Source: Marsupella aquatica
Taxonomy: Eukaryota > Plantae > Marchantiophyta
DNA: 64,000 nucleotides
Direction: 5' to 3'
Assembly (NCBI GenBank): GCA_973895155.1
Contig: OZ316898.1
Location: forward strand, 7,365,079-7,429,078
The notes below the pieces were generated by a model, which worked only from the letters and a program-made list of their open reading frames with translations, was not told where the DNA came from and made no database searches. The translations under genes and the position numbers were made by a program. Shown piece after piece: positions 36,876-50,389 of the stretch; position 1 is the stretch's first letter; each line of letters begins with the position of its first letter.

Positions 36876-39800
36876 ATGGGAGAGGTTGCGAGGGACTGGA
36901 AAGAGGACCGGGACAAGGATGAATTGCCGGAGATATTAAAGACAGGCAACAGCAGCCCACACGCAGGTGGAGAAGAACCAAAGGAAGCAGAATGGAATTC
37001 AGAAGAGCCTTCAATTGACACCAATGATTTGGTAAATAGCAAAGGAGATGAAGAAGCAGAGGGCCTGCATGTCGACAGAGGAAACGAAATTGAACACACA
37101 GAGAACGAAAATTTGTTGGCGTCTGGAGACCATTCGTTTGGGATTTTTTCGAGCGGGCCAAACGAAGGTGCACCACTAATAGAATCTGAAGGAAACCAAG
37201 CATCCACAACGGTAGAACCACATTTAAGATTACCAGCACCAGCGCCAGCTGCAAATCCAAATGATAAACAAGAGGAAAAAGAAGTGCCTCCTGCTCCAGC
37301 AAAGGAGGTGGAAGAAAAACTCATCGAAGAGAAACTGCGGAATGGGTGGTCACCTGAGCAGGGCCCGAATAAGAAAAGCGTGGTCAATTCCGGAGAGCCA
37401 ACTGAGGACAACTTTAACGAAGGATCTCTAGTTCATTCGTCGACAGGACCCAAGATTGAGTACTTCTGCGAACCAAACCAAAACCTGACGAGTGATGCAT
37501 GGAAGATTTTCTTCTATCACATGTTGCCCTTCACGACCATACCTCCTCTCTCGTTCCTGGCATGCCTGTGGTGGGCTTACATCGAGTGGGGATGGACTGC
37601 TCTGGTATTCTACACCACAATACTTGCCTTACTGGCAACGTCCGCCCCATTTTACTCCAGGAGGTTTCGTGAGGCAGTATCAGGTCATTTCTATGGCCTC
37701 CTGGCCAGGTATGTGCCTTCAGCTCAGTACGTTGTCCCCGAGAAGCCGTTCCCGGAGGACCGCCCTTACATTTTTGCTTGCCATCCTCACGGCAGGATGT
37801 TCTACTCCACTATTATATTTTCCCAGCTGCATCGTACCTGGCGCAAAGACATCTTGCAAACAGGTTCCTCTCTCTAACCTCACCCCTGTCAATGCAAATG
37901 TGTTTTCAAAGGGATAGAAGAAGTGTCGCGATTTATGTCTGTAACTTCCTTCGGATCCGATGGTAGCCATTTAGACCTATCTGCACAATGCCTTGTGTTA
38001 CCCACAACTGGACTAGAGTCGTAATCTAAGCACAATCTGCACCAAAGGAGTGCCCGGTAATGTTCAGAGAAGTCAATAGGAAATGTGCAGAGCTTTTGAA
38101 CCTCGGCTAATCGATGTACAGTAGCTAATAACTCCTTTTCACTAGGAAGATTTGGCGAATTTCTGGGTTTCTTGATTATCTGGGAGGGTGTTGTTCGGAG
38201 ATTCTCTACGTTGCAACTGCATTCCTGAGTTCAGCACGCAGAGGTTGCAGAAAAATGCACGGTACTGGGAGAAGTTTATTGAGCGGTCTAGTGTCTGACA
38301 GTTAATCTAAACTCAGTGCACTTCTTTGAAAACATTTGAAATGTCCTGTCCAATATGTACCAACGTGCGAGCCGAGGTTCCTGTTCGCCATCATTCAAGA
38401 TTTGTCAGTTCACGATATTCAGTTGTATGTTATTATAGTGAACTCACTACCATCACCGCCATCGCTATGTTCTAGAGTCCTTTTAGGCGTTGGAATTTAC
38501 CAATTGGAAAGGATCCTATCTTGCAGTGGTACTGAGAAAAACGATTGCCGCGATAAGAAGATGAATGATGGAAGTGATTAGGAGTTCAAACACAAACTAT
38601 AATATTTAGACAAGCCAATGTTTCACATAGCCACTGCCTCCTAGAGGATTTGTGTTGGGTCTCGAGAGGGATGACGAAGATCCTTCGTAGTCCTCGACTT
38701 TAGTTGTACGGCTCGTTTCCTTCCGCCCAAGAGATAGATTTATTTCCCTCTCTCTTTTGGCCTCATGTGAAAAACTGGGGCAGAAAAACCGTGTGTTTTG
38801 CAGGTTTGGTACTTGCTTGACAGAGGGCATTTGTGATCAGTTTGTGAAATGATTTTAAGCCGAATATTGAGCCAAAGCATAAGCTGGAAGGGGAGCCTTA
38901 TTCTTGTCTGGGTCAAGTTTAAAGATTTCTCCTTTTTGTATCAAAGACGGAATCCTTTCGGGTTATTTCTTGATGCTTTAGCTGCCTTCAGGCCAAACTT
39001 ATTCGCCTTGTGCTCCTCCGTAGTTTCGCCGTTAGTTCTCTGACGAGTTTCATCACATTAATACGGTGCCTCTGACGTACTGTGTCTTCCACTGGTGCAG
39101 GAGACCTTTTCATGACGGCAGCAGGCATGTTCTTCCATGTACCTCTTCTGAGAAATTTGTTTTACATGGTTGGAGTCATACCAGCTGCTAAGGGGGACAT
39201 CATAGCCAAGCTTAGACATAAGGATCATGTAAGTTCGTTATTTTCCAGCTAGGAAATTCCATCCTTTCTGAAGGTCTCCAAAGAGAACTGTTAAGAGTAA
39301 TTAGGGACAAACCAAGTTATATTACCCATCTCTTTTTCGAATGGTACGAGAAAGAATTGAACAACATTGTTCACCATTTTGATATATCCAATTTACTTCG
39401 TGTCACACGAATCTTAGAATCCAGACACCCTTCAGGTCGAAATCCTTCTAATTTATGGAATCTCTGTTTGGTGGATGACCAGGTTACCATATTAGTTGGA
39501 GGAGTGAAAGAGGTGATGTTGGGTACTGAAGACGATGTTGACCGTATTTACTTGAAGCATCGGTAAGAGAACGTTCTCCAGCTTTTTTAAGTTCTGATCC
39601 TAGACCCTTGCCAGTAATTTTATAAGAGCCTGGTGTAAACGAAGCTAGTGTGTCCTGAACCTTTTGTGCAATCTTGACTGTTGTCTCCAGCAAGGGGTTC
39701 TGCAGAATTGCCATACTGGAGAACGCTGGTGTGGTTCCAGTGTACTTTTTTAATGAAAATCAGGTGAGGGCCTTGTGTCACATACTCTGAAGGTTTCGAG

Positions 39801-40852
39801 TTTTAATTCACATGAAAATTCGGAATCTCATGCAGTGCATATCCTTCTGAAGCCGACAACAGGAATTGTTTTTTTTTCATGGTGTGGTGACATAATACTC
39901 TAGAACGAGATCCTGATATAAGAAACCGATTTTGTAGCCTTATTGGATCCTACGTTCTACTTCAATGCAGATGTTTATGCACAATTCGAAGCCTTTTCTG
40001 AAGTTTTGGGAGCGAGTTAACAAATACGTCAAGGTCGGGGTTCCATTCATGCGTGGCAGATTTCTAATTCTACCCATGCCCTTCAGAAGGTACGCGACAA
40101 TCGTTTTTGGCAATTTGGCGATTGAGGAATATAGTCACCGTCATATACTGTTTGTGATGCGGGATAGCTTACCGAATCTGGTCGAATGATCGTCAATAAC
40201 CTTACTGCTCAGCCCTTCCCTCCTAGTTTCGTATCTTTCTTCAACTCCAGCTATCCTTTAGCCTTACATCTTCAAGCTCGTTGGGATGCCTTGCTCATTG
40301 CCGTCCAGATCTGATCAGTCTGTACCTTCTCGCAGAGGAAATCTCCTTTTGCGTTTAACAATACAGTGAGAGCCCTCTTGTGATGCCATGCTATTCCCTT
40401 TTCCACTATCAGTCACGCCATCCGCAATCTGCCATTTAGCCCCCTCGCCTATAGCATACACCACACACATAAACTCCACCCTCTAACCCTCCCAAAAACA
40501 AAAACCCGTCTGATGAAGGCTGGGTATAAAGTTTCCATCCAGATCTTTTCGTGTCCAAAGGGGATTGATACAAGACAAAGCACAGGACATCCTTCTGAAG
40601 TTGGAATTCATGTAATCTAATGACAAGGGTTAGGGAACGTGTGTTCTCCTCCTTTGTTTCCTTGGTGGAAAGCTTAATGAGACGTCTTGTCATGGCAGGC
40701 CCTTGATGATTGCTGTCGGAGAGCCTCTCTTTCCGAAGGAAGGCGAGAGTGTGGACGACTTTCACGAACGATACATGAAGGCAGTGAGAGAGCTATTCGA
40801 TAAATACGCGCGCTATTCGCCAAAACCGGACCACAAGCTGATCATCCAGTAG
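36876..40852 (+). CDS. DGAT2/MOGAT-family acyltransferase with long acidic N-terminal extension (513 aa)
   Basis: Exons 36876-37863, 39101-39228, 39483-39562, 39691-39763, 39971-40089, 40699-40852, phases consistent. Motifs YIFACHPHG, FHVPLLR, ILVGGVKE, LKHRKGFCRIA, VVPVYFFNENQ, PMPFRRPLMIAVGEP, VDDFHERY. Two hydrophobic helices precede the domain. Confidence 0.92.
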
Positions 40853-42279
40853 TCCGTCATCCGTGATGGCCATTTTGAACAGGTCTAACATGGTTCACAC
40901 ATATACTTCTTAACAGAAACCAAGATATAAAGTTTATAAAGCCCTCAAGGATTCCATCGGTTCAACTCACACAAAAGCTATGTACTTGCTTCAGATGGAG
41001 GTGCAGATGAATTTTTCCTATGGTAACTATTGTAATCTAGGAAAGCATGGCTCTCTTGCTAATGTTACACTAGAAAGGTTCATTCAAGACACATCTTCCA
41101 TCTTTTTCTACCCTATGGTGCCACCATTGTTACATTAGAAAGTTCATTCAAGACACATCTTCCAACTTTTGCTACCCTATGGTGCCACCTATGTTATGCC
41201 TCAATATCTTATGAGAAAGTCAGGTTAGATCCAAAAAGAGTATCAAGGTAATTTGGCCCTGCTTCTGGCTTTCGCACTGCAGGCAACTAATGCTTGAGCG
41301 CGGTCTACAAAGGAAATGGGTGGAAGACATTCATAGAAATGAATGGGTTGAGTTTCAAAGCCGTGCACACGTGTATGATGGGGTTTGTGCCTCACTGAGT
41401 TTACTGAAGAGCTGGGGTCATGCCTCTTTCCATCTGAATCCAAAACGATGGGGTAATGCTGTCGAGAGATGACCGCGCTGCTTGATCTTTCCAGACTCGT
41501 GAGATTACTTTGAATTCTCCATCGTACACTTTTCTTGGCATGGTTTTGTTGATCTACGTTGGGGATGAGTGACATTCAGGAGTAGATAGCGATACTGTGC
41601 CTCCTCCAACAAGTTCTATCGTACTGCAATTCAGTGATCAGGTTCACACTACGGCCAGCATTACAGTCTGAGTTACAAGAAAAGTTCACTAAGAATAAAG
41701 TAGCACAAGTGACGCGAATCCTTCTCATGAAAATAACCAGAATTCATTCCACACCGACTCTGAACAGCAACATTTTCAGGCACCAAGGGAACATAAATTG
41801 AACACAAATCCACTCGCACGATTAGGGCTGCAAGAGCTCATTGATTCACATTCTGTACCTTCCGATGTTGTGGCTCTGTATCATCGAAAAAATTTGTTAT
41901 AATCCTGAAACCCCACTTTAAAGGCGAGGGTATCATCTGTTCTTCCTGCTGAGGTAGAATACAGACATGTCTCACTGAAACTTGTGATACATCGTACAGG
42001 GAAGGGCAAGTTCAACACGCACTGCAGCTAAAGTTGGGCATGAACGCAAAAGGCACACTACAGCTGGGCAGCTGCTTGCTCTGCTTCCTGAAGTCATTAT
42101 TCAAGCAGTAACTGCAGACCGTCTCTGAAAGGTCTATCATCTGAGCATTATGTTCCCAGCGTTCCACAAGAAGCACCACAGATTTATTGACCAAAAGCAC
42201 CAGAGAGAAAATCTGGCAGTGTGCTTCTACATTTCGGTCGTGACTGTTGTCTATTGGACTAACTCTGTGAACCGAGAAC

Positions 42280-43361
42280 ACATTCATACTCGGGGTAGAG
42301 GTATGAAGATGTGACAGCCGAGTCCCAGAATGGCCCGGCTATCACTAGTGCAAACAGCCAACAAGGACCTGCAAGAACAGTCCCAAGAATCCGTTTGATT
42401 GTTCACGGCTCCAATATTCCTGAACACTTTTAATTTTCAGTGGTAATAACGTAAACCTTTATTCATATCAGTTGGGTATATAGGAATTGGTAGATTGGCC
42501 GAAGCGGTTCACACAATCAAAAGTCTTATGTTCCACGTCCTAAGAATCTGCTTGGCACTCTCACAAGGAGCACATTAAGCCCTAGAACTGCTTGTGCAGT
42601 ATCGTACAGTGTTCAAGAGGATAAACGCAGAAGAGATGAACCACAACCATACAAATTTCATAGTCTCCTACCTTAAACCCTTCCCTTAAACCTCTCCAGC
42701 TCATAATTTACCATTGTTTCTCAAGAAGTGACGCTTATACCCGTCAAATTCTTCTTGGACGGACTAAACAAGCACATTACCCTTGCGCATCATCTTCATC
42801 ATATCAACCAGAATGAGAGGAAAACTCTAGGTGGCAAAAACACCAACTCAACCAAATCTCTACTACAGCAAAGAAGGTGGCAATAATAAACTGGCACGAA
42901 ACACGTAAGAGTCCTTAGAGCAGAAATTACACCCACGGTACCACAGTGGGGAAGACCCGCACTCAAAATATTCAATGCAGCATCCACGACTGTAGCAGCC
43001 AAGAAAAGAAACAGGCAGGCATTTCTGGACCAGAAGCCTTGAAAACGCGAAACAATAATGCATTATGCATGAACGGAGTAGGGAGTACATTAAAATGCGG
43101 CAGCACCAGACGCTTACCAGAATTGTGACAAGAATGATGCCCTGCGCCGATGGCTAAGGGCTTTTCCTCCCACCATTTGATCCAGTTGCGACAATTCGGC
43201 AGTCCAACGACTTGGAGTGCTTGCAACGGAATCAATGCGCTCTCGTCCGTATCTCTGGAGACGTCGGGGTCAGGCTGCTGCTGCTGCTGCTGCTACACCC
43301 TGTCGATGGGTGACCCTGCAGCAGCACTACCGAATTCCTCATCGTCCACCATCTCTACCAT
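42280..43361 (-). pseudogene. Possible spliced pseudogene or non-coding transcript, Cys/His-rich (RING-like remnant)
   Basis: ATG at 43361, MVEMVDDEEF...RV*QQQQQQ with TAG at the edge of a CAG run. Good splice signals: donors after 43118 and 42781, acceptors before 42989 and 42368. No consistent open frame. Confidence 0.3.
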
Positions 43362-44587
43362 ATATCTGCTGGCTGCTGCTGAAGCTATTCGATGTCCGCG
43401 AGCTCAATTTGTTCTCTACTTCTTTGCGCCGTCTCTTCCCGTTCGCGACGCTATTGCGGCAAAACGAGCCACAAGAAGGTCTGGTCGGACCAGTCTAGTC
43501 CCGGCTCCAACGGCGATACTACCGCTTTTCAGGGCATGCTTCGCGAGTTTCAACGAGATGATCAAGCGAAAGATTGACGGCTGGCAATTGCACCGGAGAA
43601 GGGTTTAGAAGACGGGTTGCCTACTCCCTCTGCAGAACTTGCAGCCGAAGGGATTTCTTTCACGAGGAGAGAAGTTATTGCGCTTCAAAGGCTTGTCTAC
43701 CGCGTTTGAACGAGTTGAACAAGAGATCGACTGACAATTGCATCCGAGAGACGAGAGAAAGAGAAAATTTAAGAGGGGGTTGCATTCTCCTCTGCAGATT
43801 TTGCAGCCGATGTGGTTTCTTTCACGAGGAGAAGAATTATGGCTGCCCGACTACGGCTCACGAGGAACTTTGTTCGACGAGTTTTCAGTCGGAGCTTTCG
43901 GGGGATTATGGGTGCCAGATCTGTCTCCGGTTGCACGTGCAGCACGCGTCAACCGTCTATCCAGGACGAGCATTGGAGATTGAATGGTCAGTACTTTCAT
44001 CATAGTAGTGTTCGTTGTTCCTCTTCTGATCATTTGTAATGTGGTCTGTGGTCACGAGCAAATGTTCACCGCGATCTCTACCAACCCATGTGGCATTTAT
44101 GCCCTCACTATGTCCAGGCGAAAACAGACTTGTAAATGCTTTGCAATATTACACATCACTTCGTGTTTGAGGATGGCGAGAGACATAGAGAGAGAGAGAG
44201 AGAGAGAGAGACACGAGCGGATTTGTAGACACAACAGACTGATTCTTTTTTTCTGGACTATTGCACAGAGTCTCTCATTTGTGTGTGAGGGCAATTGTAA
44301 TTGGGAAAATTCACCAAATCTCTTCAATGTCGATTTGTTCAGTTGTGTTTCTGTAACATATTTGCCAGCGTGGTGGCTGAAATCCTGTTCCCGTTCATCT
44401 GTAAACCGTCGCTGTCAAGTTTTGTAATCTTTCTACATCAAGAATCCTCAGATCAACACTTGCTACAGTAAACGTTCCGCAGCTCCTCAAAATTCCTGTA
44501 GCATTTCTGGTCAAAGTTGAATGCAACAAACAGAGTAAAAGTTTTCTATTGACACTCTACAGTGCGTCGTTTATCCGATTGTTGCAG

Positions 44588-47500
44588 AACGTGCAGCGGC
44601 TTCGGCATGGCTAGCTGCAAGGTTATTGACGAGCACGAGTAGTCATTACAGTGCCTTTGTAGACCCAGGTGAAGGGCTCACGGCTGCTTATCAAAGATTA
44701 TGTAAACTTGGCAAAATTAAGCCTGGGGATCCACCTCAGGTTGAATGGTCTTCACCCCTCTTACACTAAGAAATGTTGAACGAATAACGGACACTCTTTT
44801 CAAAAATAGCCTTGTTCGTGGCATGTTTTATGGGAGGGTCCTGCTACATTCGTAGTGACCGAAATGAGCAAGAATGCTCAGTCTCAAGTTTTCTACTCAC
44901 TTTGAACGACATTGTCCCCCATTTTTCTTTCAACCACCAGAAAGCAAATCGGGTCTAATGCTTTATGAAATAAATTTAGTGAGCATCTCACATAGAACCT
45001 ATGAATGTAGTCATTTGGAAAGGTTTTGCTTTTAGTGTCTCTTGGTGCTGTAAGGACATCTTCATTTGATTTTGTGGTTACATGGTGGGTTGTTTTGTGA
45101 AAGCTGCGCACTGAAACGGCATTGTTGTTGCTTGCAGGAAAAGGTTGTAGCAGCTCTAGACAAACTTTCTCAAGATCTGTCGCAACAGAGAGAGCCTAGG
45201 TATTAGGAACTCGGACCATTCAGGTGAACTCGTTATTTATTTCCCCATGTGCCCTATTAGGTATCAGGTTCTAGTTATATAACCCTCTGGTCCTCCTTGC
45301 TTGCGTCTAGAAAATTCTATTGTTACGACTGTCTAGTCCTCTTGGCCCACACTGCTTTTCTCGTTTGATGACAATACGATGGACCCTTTGTTTGCAGCGG
45401 ACTACTGCAATGGTTTGGTAAAATATTTTGGAAACAGGAAAATATTCAGAACTCACCACAAGGAATTTACCTTTATGGTGGGGTAGGAAGAGGGTACGTC
45501 ATGCATTTTCCCAAATTTCAAGCTCCGCTTTCCGAAAGATAGTAACCTCGGTGTATTCGCTTGAATGAACACTTTTCCTATTGATGATGAACTCGTGGTG
45601 ATTGCCGGGTACCAGGAAGACCATGCTCATGGATCTCTTTTATGACAAAGTCAACGTCAACAGAAAACGTAGAGCTCATTTCCATGCCTTCATGTAAGTG
45701 TGTCTTTGGGCTGTCAGCTTACAGGTTGCAGAAATTCGGTTTTCTTTACATACAATTTTTGTCTTACAAAGAATCTAGGCCCTTTACTTCTTCCTTCGAA
45801 TCTTTTATGTGTTGCTTAGAAGAAATGCAGCGAATTTTTGGTTTTCAGGCTGGGAGTCTGAGATACGCTATGATTTACTCGCCTGGATGTCAAATCTGTA
45901 CTTTGTCTGATCTGTATTGATGGTCTTTGCAATTAATGGATCAGGCTCGACATACATGGACGTCTTCACAAACTTTTGAAGGAAAATTCTGACCAATCAG
46001 CCTCTGACTCTATCAAAGTTGTTGCAGAGCAACTGATGAAAGAAGTTCTGGTTCTTTGTCTGGACGAGGTTGAAGGTAATTCTGGATTTTAGAATATCAA
46101 GAAGTACTACGATGACATTAATAGTACATGTAAAAGTCGGAAACTTCTGTTTGTATGCTTCTATCTGCAGACCTGCAGAATCTATTGTCTTTACTGGTTG
46201 TTGCACCTTTTGTGGGAACATTTCAACGACGATTTTAAGTTTGTCACGAAGAATTTTATTTGAAAGTAGGCACTTGAGTGAGATTCTAGAATACTTGCTA
46301 AGTTCTTGCTAATCGATCGTTTTCTTGGTTGTGCCAGTGACAGATGTTGGCGATGCATTGATCTTGCGGAGACTTTTTGAAGTACTCTGGCCTTTGGGGA
46401 TGGTGGTTGTTGCTACATCTAATACTAGACCTGATCAACTTTATCGTGGTGGACTTAATCGCCCTTTGGTCAGTTGAACTCTAAAGAATTATATAGATAC
46501 ATTCTTAATTGTCCGTGATCGTACCTTGTTGCAAAGTGAGGTGCCCGCTCTACGTTTGTCACATTGCTTAGCTAGGCACTGGGGGTCGTCCCTAGTGATA
46601 GTCTAGCAACTTTTTCGCAGTAGTAGTGCTCTTGCGATCTTGGGATTAGCTTAAGTACCTGTCAACTGGGCAAGTATCTTTAAGATTTCTGACACGGAAA
46701 AGTCCATGCAGTTTGAACCTTTCATAAAGCAGCTAAAGGAGCACTGCTGTGTATACAGCTTAGATGAAAGCCAATCACTTGATTACCGACGCGGTTTCTC
46801 AAGATTGGATCAGTTGTATTTGTATCCATTGGTGAGCTCTACTGATGAACTGCTCCAAGAAGCCTTCATGACCCTCACTGGTAAGCCGCGTCATGTGGCA
46901 AAATGAATTTATTTATGCAATCTGCAATTGTCTTCATCGTGGTTTACACGTTTACACATGATGTGGTTTTCTGGCCTGTTAGGTGGGACCTTGGGGACCA
47001 TTACAGAAATATCAGTGATGATGGGCAGGCACCTTCAGATTTTGGCAGCGAAGGGGGTGGCTCGTACTTCTTTTTCCGTGTTGTGTGGTGGTCCTTATGG
47101 GGCAGCAGATTATATAGCGATCGCTCAAAATTTTCAAGCTCTATTTCTTGAGAGGTAATTTGACATACTGGTACACTATGTCTTCTGAGCCCTTTGAGAG
47201 CCTTTTCATAAGTTTCATATCTGAGCGCTAGATTACCATTTTACTCGCTATGGACAAACATTATGGTCAGTGGTGGTACCTTTACAATATTCCTTTCATT
47301 CCTATTTCAAAGATTGCAAACCTTGACAATCGGTGTTTTACATCCATTGGCAGAATTCCATGGCTCGGAGATCCTGCTCTTGAGAATGAGGCACGCCGCT
47401 TTATCACACTAATAGATGTGCTGTATGAAGCGAACATTCTTTTCATCTGCTCAGCAGCAGTGTCTATTGACAAACTCCTTTCAGAGAACCCAGATACCTT

Positions 47501-47795
47501 TAATAAGGATATTGATGAGCTGCAACAGGTCAGCGAAGGACCAGGTTTGCACATTGTAAATGAAGGAGGAAGCTCCGGACGATCAACTCTAATGATAGGA
47601 GAGATGGAATGGAGTGGCACCGGCAGGATGGGGGTGTCACTCGCAAAACTCCAGGGGAGTTCTAGTTTCACTCGTTCAGCCACAGCTAGAACTGCTTCCC
47701 GTTTGCTGGAAATGCAAAGTGCTGCTTATGTTTCTAGGACAGGCACATCCGGTAGCATCATTTTATCAAAACTAGATAGTACAGGCTTACCGTAG
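44588..47795 (+). CDS. AFG1: AFG1-like (LACE1/ZapE family) ATPase; start-codon exon not resolved
   Basis: Exons 44588-44739, 45138-45199, 45398-45493, 45616-45693, 45945-46075, 46338-46468, 46712-46880, 46983-47154, 47354-47795. Walker [29 protein letters not shown], Walker [51 protein letters not shown]. Confidence 0.92.
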
Positions 47796-50311
47796 CCAGA
47801 GTGGAATGTAGCTCAGAGGGAGCTAGGCACCTCCTATTTATTCTACCCATTTTAGTAGAGTTTTACGTAAGTGGACGAATACAGGGCGACTTCAGAGGGT
47901 GAATAGCAGGTTTACTCATTACACAGGGTGACTTGACTTTTGCCCACAATATTAAAATACACAAGAGTAGTTTACAGGGTGAAACAGTGAAAACAAACTT
48001 TGGGAGTGTCAAAGCCCTAGTCACTCTTTTCTTCTTGGCCTTGCGAACCAGAAGCAGCGACCGGAGAGGCCTTCACCTCAGCTTTGAGCATAGCAGCAGG
48101 TATCACTTCTGCTTGAGCTTCGAACACAGCGGCAAATTCAAGCAACATCAAGGAGTAGTAAGGTTGCAGCGAGCAGCATCGAACAGCAGCAGGGCGAGGT
48201 CACAGCAGGAGCGGTGAGGTGGCAGCAACTTTGACCAACATCGAGCAGCAGCATTGAGTAGCAGCGAGCAGCATGAGTAGAGCCTTGAGTAGTAGCATTG
48301 AGCTTTGAGTAAGTTCAATGTCAGAATGCACCACCGTGGACCGTGTGAAGTGATAGACCCTGGAATCATTTTACTAGAGTGACCTGACTGTTGATTAAAA
48401 AGTCTTTTCAAGGACTGTTTTTAAGGTAACGTGTTATTTTAGAGTTACAGGGCAAGTCACCAATCTTTCCATAGGCTGCTTTTACGGAAAACTCTGGTGA
48501 GAACTATGGACATTACCTTAATGGAGAGCCAGGTACGAGGTCAGGGTGTAGGTGGTGTAGGTGGTGTAGATCAGGGACTGCCAAGTACTTTGGAGTTCCT
48601 TACATCCACAGGTGTTACTGAAATTGTATTGGAGACACATTTATTGATTCTTGATACCAGGTACCCAGATTTTTACAGCAAACGATGTAAAGTTCTGATC
48701 ATCATTTAGGGCTAACATTTGTACTATACAAATTTTTAACAAAACTCTGCCAACTGCTGAGATGACATTTTGGACTCGGTTTTTAAGGACCTTGAAAGGA
48801 ACCATTTGTGAGATCGAACACACGACACATTTGCTGTGAGGCTGGTTGAAAAAGTTTTGTGCTGTGAGTCCCCTAGAGGCAACCTTGACATGGAAGGCAA
48901 TTCCTATCCTTCCCAGGGCTATGCTTTAGGTTCTTAGTTGTTCTTGTGGTGGACGTTTGCTGGGGACTCTCAGGCTTTTGGCTCTTGGTTGTCCCAGGAT
49001 TTTCCCTTGTTTCCTCCTCCTTTATTGGATCTCTTGCTTTTGGACTAGTGTCTATATAATGAGGCTCAATAGAATGGCTAAGTACCTACTCTCCTTAGCT
49101 CGGGACACTGAGATAAACTTCTCTTGGGGATTTTTGATGAGTTTGTGCCCTTAGTGCAAAGACTTTAAGGGGTGGAGGCATGGCACATCCCAAAAATGTC
49201 AGAACCTTTTTGGTACTGTAGTTTGGTCGCAAGGGTGCCTAGCTTACATAGGGACTATGTCTGAGGAGCATTCTTTTAGGCATTCTTTCAGTCTCTTATT
49301 GAATAGAAAGCTGACATTCAACATCATATCTTCCCGTAGGGGCCTCCAGGAGATTTTTCAGGAGCAGGCTTGTCAGGATGATATATTGGCCTTGTCAGAC
49401 ATAGTCAGTCCTGCGGGTGAAAGTATCACACGGTTTAATTCAACATTTTGTCTTAACATAGGAAGAAGAACAGTAGAGGGACGGAGTAATTCTGGCCACT
49501 CCAACAATCTTGGGTCAATACAACTTCCAAATTTTCAACGACTCTGTCTGTCCCTTATTCAGTACTATCATGAGTAGAGGAAATGAATAGAAAAGAAAAG
49601 AAACAAAAAAGTGTAAAACAATGGAAATGAGTGCTCTGGACAAGGAAATCGCTGGAACCCATTAATAAATTCTATCCACAATCCAGCCCAAAGTCACGTT
49701 CCTCGTCAACGATGTGGATTATGCGTAGCAAAACCTTGCATTCACTTTGACTTGAACACCTGGGATTCTTTGACCAAAATGGTGGTAAGCACTTTGATTG
49801 ATTACGGTAAATTGCCAGGTTGTCATTGAGAAATATTGCCAGGATGGACCACAATGTTTGACAAACAACCCCCGATGGACCTTTTTTTAAATTGCTTTGA
49901 ACTCAAATAGGACAATTTCTTTGTATAACAGTCACTCTTTAGGGCTTCAAAAACAGTTGTTTACAGCCGATAATTCTCCTTTTTACTATCATTCTGTGGA
50001 CTTGTGCAGTGCAGTCCACACATGAGTGCAGATGCACCTCAAAAATAGGCGTCTATTATGGGTCCATTGTAGAGGGACCGATGCTTTATGATCTCGAACA
50101 AGCTTTCGTTTCTTTCTTTCTTTCCATAAAGCTGGAACTCATGATTGCAAGTTGGACTTTCCAGATCACTTATTGCAGCGATTTGGCATTGATTTGGCGT
50201 TTGGCAGGGTTGGTTGGTTGGTTGGTTGTTGTTGTTGTTATTACGCTTAACTGACTTATTATTTTTGGGTCCACGGAAGAAGTGACATCTACATGACAGC
50301 TGATACCGGTC

Positions 50312-50389
50312 TGTCCCTCTGTAGAGACAGAACTTACTGATGACGGTAAAATGTCCCTCTGTAGAGACAGAACTTACTGATGACGGTAA
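50312..50389. repeat. Near-adjacent perfect duplication of 38 bp
   Basis: TGTCCCTCTGTAGAGACAGAACTTACTGATGACGGTAA twice. Confidence 0.9.

Noticed and set aside
36848-37411. 187-aa and 147-aa antisense ORFs
   Set aside because: Shadows of DGAT2 exon 1.
42795-42825. Selenocysteine TGA in SHSG*YDEDD on the minus strand
   Set aside because: Land plants are not known to have Sec machinery, no SECIS or selenoprotein motif was recognised, and the frame itself is uncertain.
43150-43608. 152-aa plus-strand ORF as the AFG1 N-terminus
   Set aside because: No AFG1 similarity and no phase-compatible splice link found; the poly-Cys is a (CTG)n repeat.
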